Origin: Omnitrophica WOR_2 bacterium GWF2_43_52
GTDB lineage: Bacteria > Omnitrophota > Gorgyraeia > Gygaellales > UBA12090
DNA length: 64,000 nucleotides
Assembly (NCBI GenBank): GCA_001805445.1
Contig: MHGF01000034.1
Location: forward strand, 166,451-230,450
Direction of reading: 5' to 3'
Positions 10,130-19,542 of this stretch are shown here, piece after piece. Numbering within the stretch: the first letter of the stretch is position 1; each line of letters begins with the position of its first letter. The position numbers and the translations under genes were made by a program. The notes beneath the pieces were generated by a model. It was given only the letters and a program-made list of their open reading frames with translations. It made no database searches and had not been told where the DNA came from.

Positions 10130-10748
10130 AAACGATATGCTCCTGATCAACTTCCCGCCCGCATGCCGGGCGAACTGGGATGCGTTGGAATTATTGACCG
10201 ATGCCAACCTGCAGATAACCAACGCCAAGATTGCGGCGGGGGCCGGGATAGTGGATACGAAGCTGGCGCAGATTACGACTGCCAGCAAGGTTCATGGATC
10301 GGCGTTGACCGGGCTGGCCAATGTGCCTTCGGGTGCAGGGGTCCTGCCGGATGCAAATTCCCCCAGCAAATTGAAAGCGGACGCAAGCGATACCACACCT
10401 CAATATCTCGATGGGTTGATCGATACAGGAGTATTCCAGGTTTCTGCTGGGGACTTATTACAGCTTGCCAATGGAGGAGTCGGGACGGAGAAATTGGTCG
10501 GTGGCGCGGCAAGTCCCGGCAATAACAAGGCGTATGGCACCAATAGCAGCGGGACAAAGGGATTTTATGATTCGGTGGATTTAGCGACTAACCAAATTTT
10601 GACGGGTGAAAAGACCCTCAATAATTTGAAGCTCGGGGGAAATGCCAATTGCAACCAAAAACAATTGGTTTCGGCCGTGGTAGAAAACAGGACGTCCGAC
10701 CCGGGCAGTCCGGTCAACGGACAGATATGGATTAGGACGGATTTGTAG
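10104..10748 (+). CDS. Tail fibre/adaptor protein
   Basis: SD AAGGAG; ITNAKIAAGAGIVDTKLA fibre-like repeats, C-term ENRTSDPGSPVNGQIW. Confidence 0.7.
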   Translation: MAWDKTKPENDMLLINFPPACRANWDALELLTDANLQITNAKIAAGAGIVDTKLAQITTASKVHGSALTGLANVPSGAGVLPDANSPSKLKADASDTTPQYLDGLIDTGVFQVSAGDLLQLANGGVGTEKLVGGAASPGNNKAYGTNSSGTKGFYDSVDLATNQILTGEKTLNNLKLGGNANCNQKQLVSAVVENRTSDPGSPVNGQIWIRTDL

Positions 10749-10760
10749 AGGCAAGAGAAT

Positions 10761-11636
10761 ATGCCAAACCCTTCTTGGAACCAGACAGATCAGGATTGCG
10801 ATGCTTTCGACCTTAATTGGAGCGCGCATGTCAATGGATCTGCGACATTGATAACGACTACTTTCGACGGCAGGTCGGTATACAAATATGATTGCCCTCA
10901 GCCGGGATCCAGTAATAACGCCTATGCCGTCAATACCAGCCTTTCGGCTTGGACCGAATGTACCGCGGAGGTAGTCTTTAGGATAGATGGTACGGACGGC
11001 AATCATATCGTTCTTCAATTCTATTTACGGGATAGCACTCCCCATGAATACAATGCCAACCTGTATTTCGATACTCAATGGACGGCTCATCCATATATTT
11101 GGATGACGGCACCGATTTTGGGTGTCGACTTACAGCAATGGATCGATATAGATGAGAATGGCTGGCATACATTACGGGTGGTCATCAATAGTTCTCGTAA
11201 GATGTGGGTTTGGGTAGACGGCGTATACCTCGGTTCGATCACTCATGACGGCACGGTGGCAAGCGGCTACACGGTAAACACTATCGGAGTTCACGCATAT
11301 GGTCCCCAGAGGACTCCCCCGCCGTCGAACCGGGTGCTTTATGTAGACCATATCCGGATGTCGACTTCCAAGGTCGAGCCTGATTATCATGGAATTGTCA
11401 ATGTGCAAGGTTATCCCATAAACACAAGGATGGCTTCTCTCGGCCCGGGGAATATGGGCGGTTTGACCGATGTCAATCCCGTAGATGTTTTGCGGTATCT
11501 GCGGACAGGGATGCCGAGAGGGGACGTAAAATATGGACTCCCGCTTGTTTCGGCGGGCGATGATTTGGCAAGTAAGATCAGGGTATATTTGGGAGGCGCC
11601 GCAAAAGCCTTGCAAAAAATGCCGGTATCATTTTAA
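10761..11636 (+). CDS. Putative receptor-binding protein, concanavalin/LamG-like beta-sandwich
   Basis: GWHTLRVVI...VWVDGV...LYVDHIRM LamG-like motifs; located after fibre genes. Confidence 0.6.
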   Translation: MPNPSWNQTDQDCDAFDLNWSAHVNGSATLITTTFDGRSVYKYDCPQPGSSNNAYAVNTSLSAWTECTAEVVFRIDGTDGNHIVLQFYLRDSTPHEYNANLYFDTQWTAHPYIWMTAPILGVDLQQWIDIDENGWHTLRVVINSSRKMWVWVDGVYLGSITHDGTVASGYTVNTIGVHAYGPQRTPPPSNRVLYVDHIRMSTSKVEPDYHGIVNVQGYPINTRMASLGPGNMGGLTDVNPVDVLRYLRTGMPRGDVKYGLPLVSAGDDLASKIRVYLGGAAKALQKMPVSF

Positions 11637-11664
11637 CAGGGCATTGCTTGAGGTAAATCGAAAC

Positions 11665-11916
11665 ATGACAGAGAAAACCGTACCAGAACGATTGGCAGTT
11701 ATCGAAACGGAGATTACGAACATCAAAGAAACCCTGGATGATATCAAAGATAACCATCTGAATTCTATCTACAATAAATTCGACGATATATGGCAGAAAT
11801 TCGTTTGCCTCGAGAAGAAAATAATCAGCCGGTTACCCTTATGGGTAACGATGATGATAACCCTTTTGACTTCATTATGCGTCGGATTGATAGTTTACGG
11901 AGTGATGAGGAAATAA
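11665..11916 (+). CDS. XhlA-like holin candidate
   Basis: ERLAVIE coiled coil plus single C-terminal TM helix, in lysis position. Confidence 0.6.
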   Translation: MTEKTVPERLAVIETEITNIKETLDDIKDNHLNSIYNKFDDIWQKFVCLEKKIISRLPLWVTMMITLLTSLCVGLIVYGVMRK

Positions 11917-11932
11917 GAAAGAGAGGTGAGAT

Positions 11933-12427
11933 ATGCTGAGAAAAATAATCATGATTTCGGCGGTGAGTTTATTGCTGTCCGGATGCGCGGGGATACCCTT
12001 CCCTAAAATCACGACTCCTAAGAAGCCCGAGACGGTTTATAACTGGCGGGAAGAAGTAACCACCAAGCCCAGGGCGATAATAGCCGACGATAAAACTTAT
12101 GTGGTCGAGGAGACAAAGAAAACACTGCAGGTGGGGCTGGAGACCACCCCTGGCAAATTAACGCTGGGAGAAAAAATAGGCAACTGGTTTTCCGGATTGA
12201 GCGTGCTGGCCATAATTGCCTTGGTGATAGGTTTGATCTTGTGTCCGGGAGCAACTCTGGCTTGGCTGGTTAAACTTCTTTTCAAGTGGAAAAGGGCAAT
12301 GAGAGAGACGGTGGCCGCTATCAAAGAATCCAGAGCGGTCGAGAATGCCGAATTACATAATGCCTTGAAAGACAAACAAAGCGTTGAGACCAAGAAAATA
12401 GTCGGGCAAATCAAGGCGGACCTTTAA
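11933..12427 (+). CDS. Lipoprotein with internal TM segment, unimolecular-spanin-like
   Basis: Lipobox LLSGC and hydrophobic segment LSVLAIIALVIGLILCPGATLAWLV. Confidence 0.55.
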   Translation: MLRKIIMISAVSLLLSGCAGIPFPKITTPKKPETVYNWREEVTTKPRAIIADDKTYVVEETKKTLQVGLETTPGKLTLGEKIGNWFSGLSVLAIIALVIGLILCPGATLAWLVKLLFKWKRAMRETVAAIKESRAVENAELHNALKDKQSVETKKIVGQIKADL

Positions 12428-12534
12428 AGATACCGCAGAATAAGGCGTGGTCTGGGGAGCAGTAAAGACAAAAGAATAAGTTGCATTCTTTTCTCTTTTA
12501 CGGTCTACTGACCCCTCGAAAGGAGGGGATTCTT

Positions 12535-12801
12535 ATGGTTCGTGAAAACATGACGGCAAAAAAGAGCCGGTATATCAGCGTCCGTAACGACGGCGAGGAG
12601 ACATATGTCGAGAACATTCCGGTAACCGGCCGGATGCGCGACCACCTGCCAGCCGCAAAGTTACGCCTGCGGGAGATCCAGCGGGTCATGCCGTTGGGCA
12701 AATGGTCGGTTACGATTGAACAGCAATGGAAAGAGAACGGCGTCACGCACTTCCAGATGCTGGATGTCGTGTCCGGCAAGTTACAGGAATCAGTGTTGTG
12801 A
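12535..12801 (+). CDS. Phage hypothetical protein
   Basis: SD AGGAGG (inside a hairpin), ATG 12535. Confidence 0.6.
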   Translation: MVRENMTAKKSRYISVRNDGEETYVENIPVTGRMRDHLPAAKLRLREIQRVMPLGKWSVTIEQQWKENGVTHFQMLDVVSGKLQESVL

Positions 12802-13025
12802 CGAGTAAATACCAATGGCCAGCTTCGCGCTTGGGTGATAAAGAGATGGCCTTATTGTTTCAGGAGAAGCAGAAGGCCAAAACGAGCATCTGCGAATTAC
12901 TGTGCAGGGCTGTCAATATCGCCTATGGCGTGACGCTGGAGAAAAAGGAGGATCAGAATGGCTACCAAGCAAAAGCAAAAAGGCAAGAAACAAAAAGTCG
13001 CAGAAAGCAAGAAGAAGTCGGTTGA
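12798..13025 (+). CDS. Small hypothetical protein, possible ribbon-helix-helix
   Basis: GTGA overlap with previous stop; SICELLCRAVNIAY resembles an RHH second helix. Confidence 0.4.
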   Translation: MTSKYQWPASRLGDKEMALLFQEKQKAKTSICELLCRAVNIAYGVTLEKKEDQNGYQAKAKRQETKSRRKQEEVG

Positions 13026-13266
13026 TAATTCCCCATCGCCCAAAGAAGGAATTGTCTTGCATGCCGGAGCCTCGCGCAACGAGTTAATGATGACAGCCAA
13101 GGAGCGTGGGGTTAAGAATTTTCGCGTGCTTAATAAACAGGAGCTGATCGACGTGTTAAAGAATATCGGCGATCAGAAGGGCGTTGATGCGATCGTGGCC
13201 GGGGCCGTTGCCAGATGGAAGTCCGGCTGGGGAAAAAAGAAGGTGCAGAATGAAAGTCAAAGCTGA
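12958..13266 (+). CDS. Rho termination factor N-terminal-like domain protein
   Basis: SRNELMMTAKERGVKNFRVLNKQELIDVL fits the Rho_N helix-loop-helix consensus; SD AGGAGG. Confidence 0.65.
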   Translation: MATKQKQKGKKQKVAESKKKSVDNSPSPKEGIVLHAGASRNELMMTAKERGVKNFRVLNKQELIDVLKNIGDQKGVDAIVAGAVARWKSGWGKKKVQNESQS

Positions 13267-13561
13267 ACTTGATTTAAAAGTTGAGATGGGCGGTGTGTCG
13301 CATGACGGCACCGGCTGTCAGGGCTATCTTCCGGAAGGCACGCGGTATGAGGATATTGTCCGGATATTCGGTGGGCCCCAAGCTGGAAATTCTCCGGATG
13401 GGAAGATCAAGGCGGAATGGATCGGCAGGATCAACGGCCTTGTCTTCACGATTTACGACTACAAGTCGAAGCTGGATCCGGAACGCAATACCGATTGGCA
13501 TATCGGTGGCAAGCAGAAATTCGTAGCCGAACTGGTGAATATTTACTTTAAGGCACAGTAA
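13250..13561 (+). CDS. Phage hypothetical protein
   Basis: DGKIKAEW...FTIYDYK...WHIGG motifs; overlaps upstream gene. Confidence 0.6.
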   Translation: MKVKAELDLKVEMGGVSHDGTGCQGYLPEGTRYEDIVRIFGGPQAGNSPDGKIKAEWIGRINGLVFTIYDYKSKLDPERNTDWHIGGKQKFVAELVNIYFKAQ

Positions 13562-13582
13562 ATAGTATTAGTATTCTAAAAG

Positions 13583-13625
13583 AACCTTCGCTGGTTATTG
13601 TTGACTGGCGGAGGTTTTTTTCTTT
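13583..13625 (+). terminator. Intrinsic terminator
   Basis: AACCTTCGCTGGTTA-TTGT-TGACTGGCGGAGGTT hairpin followed by T-tract. Confidence 0.8.
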
Positions 13626-13706
13626 CAATGGCAATGCTCATGTGATATAATGTGCAATAATGTTAAATGCTTCAATTTCATCAAATCTAATTCCGGAGGG
13701 GATTTA

Positions 13707-13883
13707 ATGCTACTCAAAGGATATTTAACTGTACGCCAGGTTGCCAAACAACTGGGATTGACCGAATACAGAATTCGGCAATTAATCCGGGAAAAGCAAA
13801 TCCGGGCTACCAAGATTGGTCAGTGGATGATTAAGCCTCAGGATTTAAAGGCCTTTGTCGAAAGCCGGAAGAATATGAAGTAG
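13707..13883 (+). CDS. Excisionase-like HTH (HTH_17/MerR-like) DNA-binding protein
   Basis: YLTVRQVAKQLGLTEYRIRQLIREKQIRATKIGQWMI; SD GGAGG. Confidence 0.85.
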   Translation: MLLKGYLTVRQVAKQLGLTEYRIRQLIREKQIRATKIGQWMIKPQDLKAFVESRKNMK

Positions 13884-13895
13884 TGAGGAAAGCAT

Positions 13896-16136
13896 ATGAA
13901 ACTTACAGATAATGAAAGACGGGACGCGATAAAGTATATTCAGGAAGGCAAGCCCTTGCCTGATAAATACAGATTTCTTTTGTATGAAGAAGACCGGGAA
14001 GTTGAGCTTGTATGGAATGGCAAGACACAGGAAGTCTGCAATCTTGTCCTACCCTTTCAGACAATAGAGCATATCGATGAACCGAGAAGTGACAGAATAT
14101 CCGGGAAAGAAAAACAGTTCGATCTTTTTGATATCTCAGGTAGACAGATTAAGGGATGGACTAATAAACTCATCTGGGGAGACAACAAATTGATCCTCTC
14201 TTCTCTTAAGAACGGCCCCATGCGCCGCGAAATTGAAAAACAAGGTGGCCTTAAACTCATCTACATTGATCCGCCGTTTGATGTGGGGGCTGATTTCTCC
14301 ATGAATGTTGAGATTGGAGATGAGTCTTTTACCAAAAAGCCATCAGTTATTGAAGAAGTGGCTTATCGGGATACATGGGGCAAAGGCGCGGATAGTTTTA
14401 TTGCCATGATTTATGAACGGTTGAAACTCATGCATGGGCTTTTAGCTGATGATGGCAGTATTTACTTGCATTGTGATTGGCGATTAAGTGGTTGCATGAG
14501 AATTGTATTAGAAGAGGTTTTTGGAAAGAGCGGATTTAAAAATGAAATTATTTGGCAAGGGGCGGTAGGCGATACTTCAGCAAAGAATATAAAATTTATC
14601 AAATCCCATGATACTATTTTCTTTTTCGGGAAAGATTCCGGGTTTAATATCTGGAATGATGTGTTTCAAGAATATAGCGAAGCCAGTAATAAATTATATC
14701 GTCAGGAGGATAAGAAGGGTAGATACCGTTTAGCTCCAATTGATAACCCTGGCGGCGGAGGCTATATATATGATTTGGGTTATGGAGAGGTGATGCCGAA
14801 AAATGGTTACAGAATGCCAAAAGAAACGGCATTGGAATGGATAAAACAAGGTATTTTAGATGTTCAAAAAGGTAAAGTGCCAGGTAAAAAGCTTTATATG
14901 AGTGAAGGGGTAAGATGCCGTGATGTTTGGGCAGACATAGCGTCATTGCAGGGTGTAGAAAGCATTGGGTATGCAACACAAAAACCAGAAAAGCTTTTAG
15001 CAAGAATAATTCAGGCTTCATCTAATGAGGGTGATCTTGTCGCTGACTTTTTCTGTGGCTCAGGCACTACATTAGCTGTTGCTGAAAAGTTAGGACGAAA
15101 ATGGATTGGTACTGACCTTGGTAGATTTGCTATTCATACTTCTCGTAAACGGCTTATTCAGGTTCAACGTGAGATGAAAAAGGTAGGAAAGAATTTCAGA
15201 GCGTTTGAGATTCTTAACCTTGGTAAATATGAGCGAGAACAATATATCAGCGTAGATGCCGATATCAGGGAGCAGGAAAAACAGCAGATTTTAGAGAATA
15301 AAGAAAAACAGTTTGTGGAACTTATCCTTTCCGCCTACAACGCTCAAGCTGTTGATTCTTATAATACCTTTGTCGGCAAAAAGCGCGATCGTCTTGTTGC
15401 CGTCGGCCCTATTGACACGCCGGTATCGTCGGCTTTTGTCGATGAGGCAATCAAGGAAGCCCGGGAGAAAGGCATCACGAAATTCGATGTTCTTGGTTTT
15501 GATTATGAGATGGGTCTTGATTTCGCTGAGCTTAGCCGTCAGGGCGTTGATGTGCAGTTTAAGGTTATCCCCAGAGAAGTGTTTGATCGCCGCGCGGTTG
15601 AAAAAGGTCATGTTAAATTTTACGATGTTGCCTATATCGAGATAAAGCCTGTCATAAAAGGGCGCGGGAAAAATAAAACGATAGCGGTTGAACTGCGTGA
15701 TTTCAGTGTTTTTTATAATCAGGACAGCGTTGAAGAAACAGAAGGCTCGCTTAGGGAGGGCTCAAGTAAGATTGTTGTTGAAAATGGGCAGGTCATTAAA
15801 GTGTCCAAAGATAAAAAAACAGCACTTGTAACAAAAGAAGTTTTGACGAAGAAATGGACCGACTGGGTAGATTATTGGTCGGTTGATTTTAATATGGAAA
15901 GCAGAAAAGAGATTGTCCGGTCAATCGATCCTGATACGAAGGAAGAAAAGGAAGAATGGACTGGAGGATATATTTTTGAGAATGAGTGGCAGTCTTTCAG
16001 GACAAAAAAAGACAGAAAACTCGAGCTTGTATCTGCCGAAAAAGAGGTATCACCAGGACGGCGCAAGATTGCCGTTAAGGTGGTTGATATTTTCGGAAAC
16101 GATACGACAAGGGTGATTGAGGTTAATATTTCATAA
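13896..16136 (+). CDS. mod: Type III restriction-modification methyltransferase subunit
   Basis: NKLIWGDN, IYIDPPF, ATQKPEKLL, DFFCGSGTT (beta-class amino-MTase); coupled to Res. Confidence 0.93.
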   Translation: MKLTDNERRDAIKYIQEGKPLPDKYRFLLYEEDREVELVWNGKTQEVCNLVLPFQTIEHIDEPRSDRISGKEKQFDLFDISGRQIKGWTNKLIWGDNKLILSSLKNGPMRREIEKQGGLKLIYIDPPFDVGADFSMNVEIGDESFTKKPSVIEEVAYRDTWGKGADSFIAMIYERLKLMHGLLADDGSIYLHCDWRLSGCMRIVLEEVFGKSGFKNEIIWQGAVGDTSAKNIKFIKSHDTIFFFGKDSGFNIWNDVFQEYSEASNKLYRQEDKKGRYRLAPIDNPGGGGYIYDLGYGEVMPKNGYRMPKETALEWIKQGILDVQKGKVPGKKLYMSEGVRCRDVWADIASLQGVESIGYATQKPEKLLARIIQASSNEGDLVADFFCGSGTTLAVAEKLGRKWIGTDLGRFAIHTSRKRLIQVQREMKKVGKNFRAFEILNLGKYEREQYISVDADIREQEKQQILENKEKQFVELILSAYNAQAVDSYNTFVGKKRDRLVAVGPIDTPVSSAFVDEAIKEAREKGITKFDVLGFDYEMGLDFAELSRQGVDVQFKVIPREVFDRRAVEKGHVKFYDVAYIEIKPVIKGRGKNKTIAVELRDFSVFYNQDSVEETEGSLREGSSKIVVENGQVIKVSKDKKTALVTKEVLTKKWTDWVDYWSVDFNMESRKEIVRSIDPDTKEEKEEWTGGYIFENEWQSFRTKKDRKLELVSAEKEVSPGRRKIAVKVVDIFGNDTTRVIEVNIS

Positions 16137-18820
16137 TGGCACTACATAAGAATTTTCCCAAAGATAAGTTTGCGATTTTAGAACCGGATATTAGATGGTT
16201 TCCGGCTGATGAGGCTTTGCGTGAGCAGGGTTATGAAAAACTACTCCCGCCGTTTGTGCCGGAGTTACGAAAACGAATTAAAGGATGGCGGGATAAAAGC
16301 TATGAAGGAGCAACTGCGACGTCAAAGGCTCTTTTAAACTGGTGGTTTAAACAGGAGCATTTAGCCTATGGAGCCGACGGCAATTCTTTTTTATTTCAAT
16401 ACTATTTTGCCCAGAGGGAGGCAGTTGAGACGATTATCTGGCTTTATGATGTTGCCGGTGTCCGAAATAAATATGATCTTTTGCCTTTCGATTCCCTTGG
16501 CCGCGTGAGCCCGAATATGTTTGATGAGGACTGGCTTCGTTTAGTTATTAAGATGGCAACGGGGAGCGGTAAAACAAAAGTTATGAGTCTGCTTCTTGCT
16601 TGGTCATATTTCCATAAACTATATGAGCCGGAGTCAGAACTTTCCCGCAATTTTCTTCTGATTACTCCGAATATTATCGTCCTCGAACGCATTAAGACCG
16701 ATTTCGACGGCTTGAAGATATTCTATCAGGACCCTATTCTTCCGGATAATGGATATGAAGGAAGAAGCTGGCAGGATGATTTTCAGATAACATTACATTT
16801 GCAGGACGATTTGACGGCAATTTCCCCTACCGGAAACATCTTCCTTACCAATATTCACCGCGTCTATGAAGGCGATGTCAGGGAATCGTCTTTCAGCGAT
16901 GAGGACTTAACGGATTATTTTCTGGGGCAAAAGCCGGTATCAAAAACAAACGAGTCTTTGGTTGAGCTGAGCAATGTTATCCGGGATATTGATGAGATCG
17001 TTGTCTTTAACGATGAGGCTCATCATATTCATGATCCCAAGATGGCCTGGTTTAAATCGATCCAGGATATAAACAATAAGCTAAAACAAAAAGACAAACA
17101 GATCTCTTTACAGATAGACTGCACGGCTACCCCGAAACATAATAACGGCGGGATTTTCGTGCAAACCATTTCCGATTACCCGCTTGTTGAGGCAATTCAC
17201 CAGGGTGTTGTTAAGACTCCGGTTCTTCCGGATGAGGCAAGCCGTGGGAAATTACAGGAACGGCAAAGCGCGATATTTACCGAAAAATATGAAGATTATA
17301 TCAATCTCGGCATAGAAGAATGGCGTAAGACTTCCAAGGAACTCGAGCCGACAGGTAAAAAGGCCATTTTGTTTATTATGACGGATGATACAAAAAACTG
17401 CGATGAGGTGCAGGCATATTTGGAAAAGAATTATGCTGATTTGAACGGAAAAGTCTTGACGATTCATACCAATAAAAGCGGAGATATATCGGAAAAGGTG
17501 TCCGGTAAAGCTAAGGAAGAATTGGATCGTTTACGCAGGCAGGCAAATGACATTGATGGATTGGAAAGCCCTTTCAAGGTGATAGTGTCGGTCTTGATGT
17601 TAAAGGAAGGATGGGATGTTAAAAACGTAACGACCATTGTAGGGCTTAGGGCCTATTCTTCCGCTTCGAATATTTTACCTGAACAGACACTCGGCCGTGG
17701 CCTGCGCAGGATGTTTTTCGGCCGGGAAGATGTCGAAGAATATGTCAGTGTTACCGGCACACCGGCTTTCATGGATTTTGTTGAGTCAATTAAAGCCGAA
17801 GGCGTTGAGCTGGAAAAGCGAAAAATGGACACTACCTCCAAAGCGGTTACCCCGACGGTTATTGAAATCGACCATGGCAACCCCAAAAAAGATATTAAGA
17901 GGCTGGATATTGAACTGCCGATTTTAACCCCCAGAATTCAAAGGGAATATAAAAATTTATCGGATTTAAATGTCGCCGGATTTACTAATGAAAAGTTAAA
18001 AGTGAAAAAGTTTACCGAGCAGGAACAACGAGAGATTGTTTTCCGGCATGTTGTTGAAGAAAAGGTTCATCACACGACTATATTAGAAAGTAACATTGAG
18101 CCAAATTATCAGAGCGTTGTCGGATTCTTTGCCCAGAGTATTATGCGGGAACTGCGGCTTTTCGGATGTTATGACATTTTATTTGGCAAGGTTAAGGCGT
18201 TCATTCAGACGTATCTGTTCGAGATAGAAATTTCTCTTGATGATAAAAATATCTTACGAAACCTCTCGGAGATTGAGGCTACAAAGACGATCCTTAATAC
18301 CTTTAAAAAAGAGATTAATACGTTGACGGTGCGGGATGTCGGTGATGCTCAAATTAAGAATTATACAAGGCTTAGCAATAGCCGTCCGTTTGTCGTGAAT
18401 GATCGGGCATATCTGGTGCCTAAAAAAAGCGTTTTTAACAGGATTGTCGGAGACAGCCAGTTCGAGCTTGAGTTCGCGGATTTTCTTGAACGCCTGGGTG
18501 ATGAAGAAGTTATTTCATTCGCGAAGAATTATTATGAAGTGCATTTTAAGATTGATTACAGGAATGCCGACGGAACAATAGCAAATTATTACCCCGATTT
18601 CTTTGTTAAAACGGACGCAAAGACCGTATATATTATTGAAACCAAGGGGCGTGAGGATTTAGATGATCCTCTGAAGATTAAGCGGCTTGCTCAGTGGTGC
18701 GATGACGCAAGCGCCCGCCAGCAAAAAATTACCTATAAAATGCTCTATGTGAAGCAGGAAGAATGGGACAAATATAAACCGAAGAATTGGAGTGATGTTG
18801 TTGCAATGTGCAAGATGTAA
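16136..18820 (+). CDS. res: Type III restriction endonuclease subunit
   Basis: MATGSGKT, DEAHH, TAT, EGWD, QTLGRGLR SF2 motifs; C-terminal YYPDF...IIETKG PD-(D/E)xK nuclease. Confidence 0.93.
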   Translation: MALHKNFPKDKFAILEPDIRWFPADEALREQGYEKLLPPFVPELRKRIKGWRDKSYEGATATSKALLNWWFKQEHLAYGADGNSFLFQYYFAQREAVETIIWLYDVAGVRNKYDLLPFDSLGRVSPNMFDEDWLRLVIKMATGSGKTKVMSLLLAWSYFHKLYEPESELSRNFLLITPNIIVLERIKTDFDGLKIFYQDPILPDNGYEGRSWQDDFQITLHLQDDLTAISPTGNIFLTNIHRVYEGDVRESSFSDEDLTDYFLGQKPVSKTNESLVELSNVIRDIDEIVVFNDEAHHIHDPKMAWFKSIQDINNKLKQKDKQISLQIDCTATPKHNNGGIFVQTISDYPLVEAIHQGVVKTPVLPDEASRGKLQERQSAIFTEKYEDYINLGIEEWRKTSKELEPTGKKAILFIMTDDTKNCDEVQAYLEKNYADLNGKVLTIHTNKSGDISEKVSGKAKEELDRLRRQANDIDGLESPFKVIVSVLMLKEGWDVKNVTTIVGLRAYSSASNILPEQTLGRGLRRMFFGREDVEEYVSVTGTPAFMDFVESIKAEGVELEKRKMDTTSKAVTPTVIEIDHGNPKKDIKRLDIELPILTPRIQREYKNLSDLNVAGFTNEKLKVKKFTEQEQREIVFRHVVEEKVHHTTILESNIEPNYQSVVGFFAQSIMRELRLFGCYDILFGKVKAFIQTYLFEIEISLDDKNILRNLSEIEATKTILNTFKKEINTLTVRDVGDAQIKNYTRLSNSRPFVVNDRAYLVPKKSVFNRIVGDSQFELEFADFLERLGDEEVISFAKNYYEVHFKIDYRNADGTIANYYPDFFVKTDAKTVYIIETKGREDLDDPLKIKRLAQWCDDASARQQKITYKMLYVKQEEWDKYKPKNWSDVVAMCKM

Positions 18821-18933
18821 TAAGAATGGGTTATATCATGGCACCCGAATGATGGCGATCTGGAAAGGATATTAAATAATTCTGTATCCAAGGATAATTA
18901 CAGAAACCAAGATTAGAATTACGGAGTGAAGAA

Positions 18934-19518
18934 ATGGACGAAAAGATAAGGCAATCTTGGGAACGGTTTCTTAATCCAGATGTGGTGCACCCACATTTAA
19001 TTGTGACATCGGTTTATATTTTTGCTTACGAAATCCTCAAAGATTCTATCATTGGACGTATTCGTGATTTCTTCTGTAATGGTTTTAATGAGAAGGGCGA
19101 CATCATCGATCCAAAATATCAAACCGACGTTTTGAGCCTGAATAAAAGCCCTGTTTATGCCAGCCTAGAATGGTTAAAACGCATGAATGCAATCGATCAG
19201 AACGACATCGCAACTTTTGATAAAATTAAAGAATGCAGGAATACCATAGTGCATGACTTTTCCCATCTTACAGCGGCTACGGGATTACCTCAGAGCTTTG
19301 AGAATAATTTTGGGGATATGGTTTCTCTTCTTCGTAAAATCGAGGTCTGGTGGATAATGAATGTTGAATTGGCCATTAATCCAGATTATGACGGACAAAA
19401 GATTGACGAAGCTGGTATTATGCCTGGTCCGCTCATGTCTCTTCGGATTTTATGTGACGTCGCATTAGGCTCGGATGAGCAAAGCCGATTTTACTTTGAG
19501 CGATTCAAACAAGCATGA
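18934..19518 (+). CDS. Hypothetical protein with HEPN-like RxxxxH motif
   Basis: Helical protein with AYE..K and CRNTIVH; defence-island context. Confidence 0.55.
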   Translation: MDEKIRQSWERFLNPDVVHPHLIVTSVYIFAYEILKDSIIGRIRDFFCNGFNEKGDIIDPKYQTDVLSLNKSPVYASLEWLKRMNAIDQNDIATFDKIKECRNTIVHDFSHLTAATGLPQSFENNFGDMVSLLRKIEVWWIMNVELAINPDYDGQKIDEAGIMPGPLMSLRILCDVALGSDEQSRFYFERFKQA

Positions 19519-19542
19519 ATAATTCGTGACAGGGAGGTAATA

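Larger units (their letters stand above)
1..13625 (+). mobile_element. Prophage late region (lambda-like non-contractile tail, lysis and small moron genes); left part lies outside the window
   Basis: Co-oriented, overlapping genes in siphovirus order (tail completion, tube, chaperones with frameshift, tape measure, M/L/K/J-like, fibres, lysis); visibly more GC-rich than the downstream island; ends at an intrinsic terminator. Confidence 0.93.

Noticed and set aside
10104-13625. Diversity-generating retroelement targeting the tail fibre
   Set aside because: No reverse transcriptase and no TR/VR pair differing at adenines was seen
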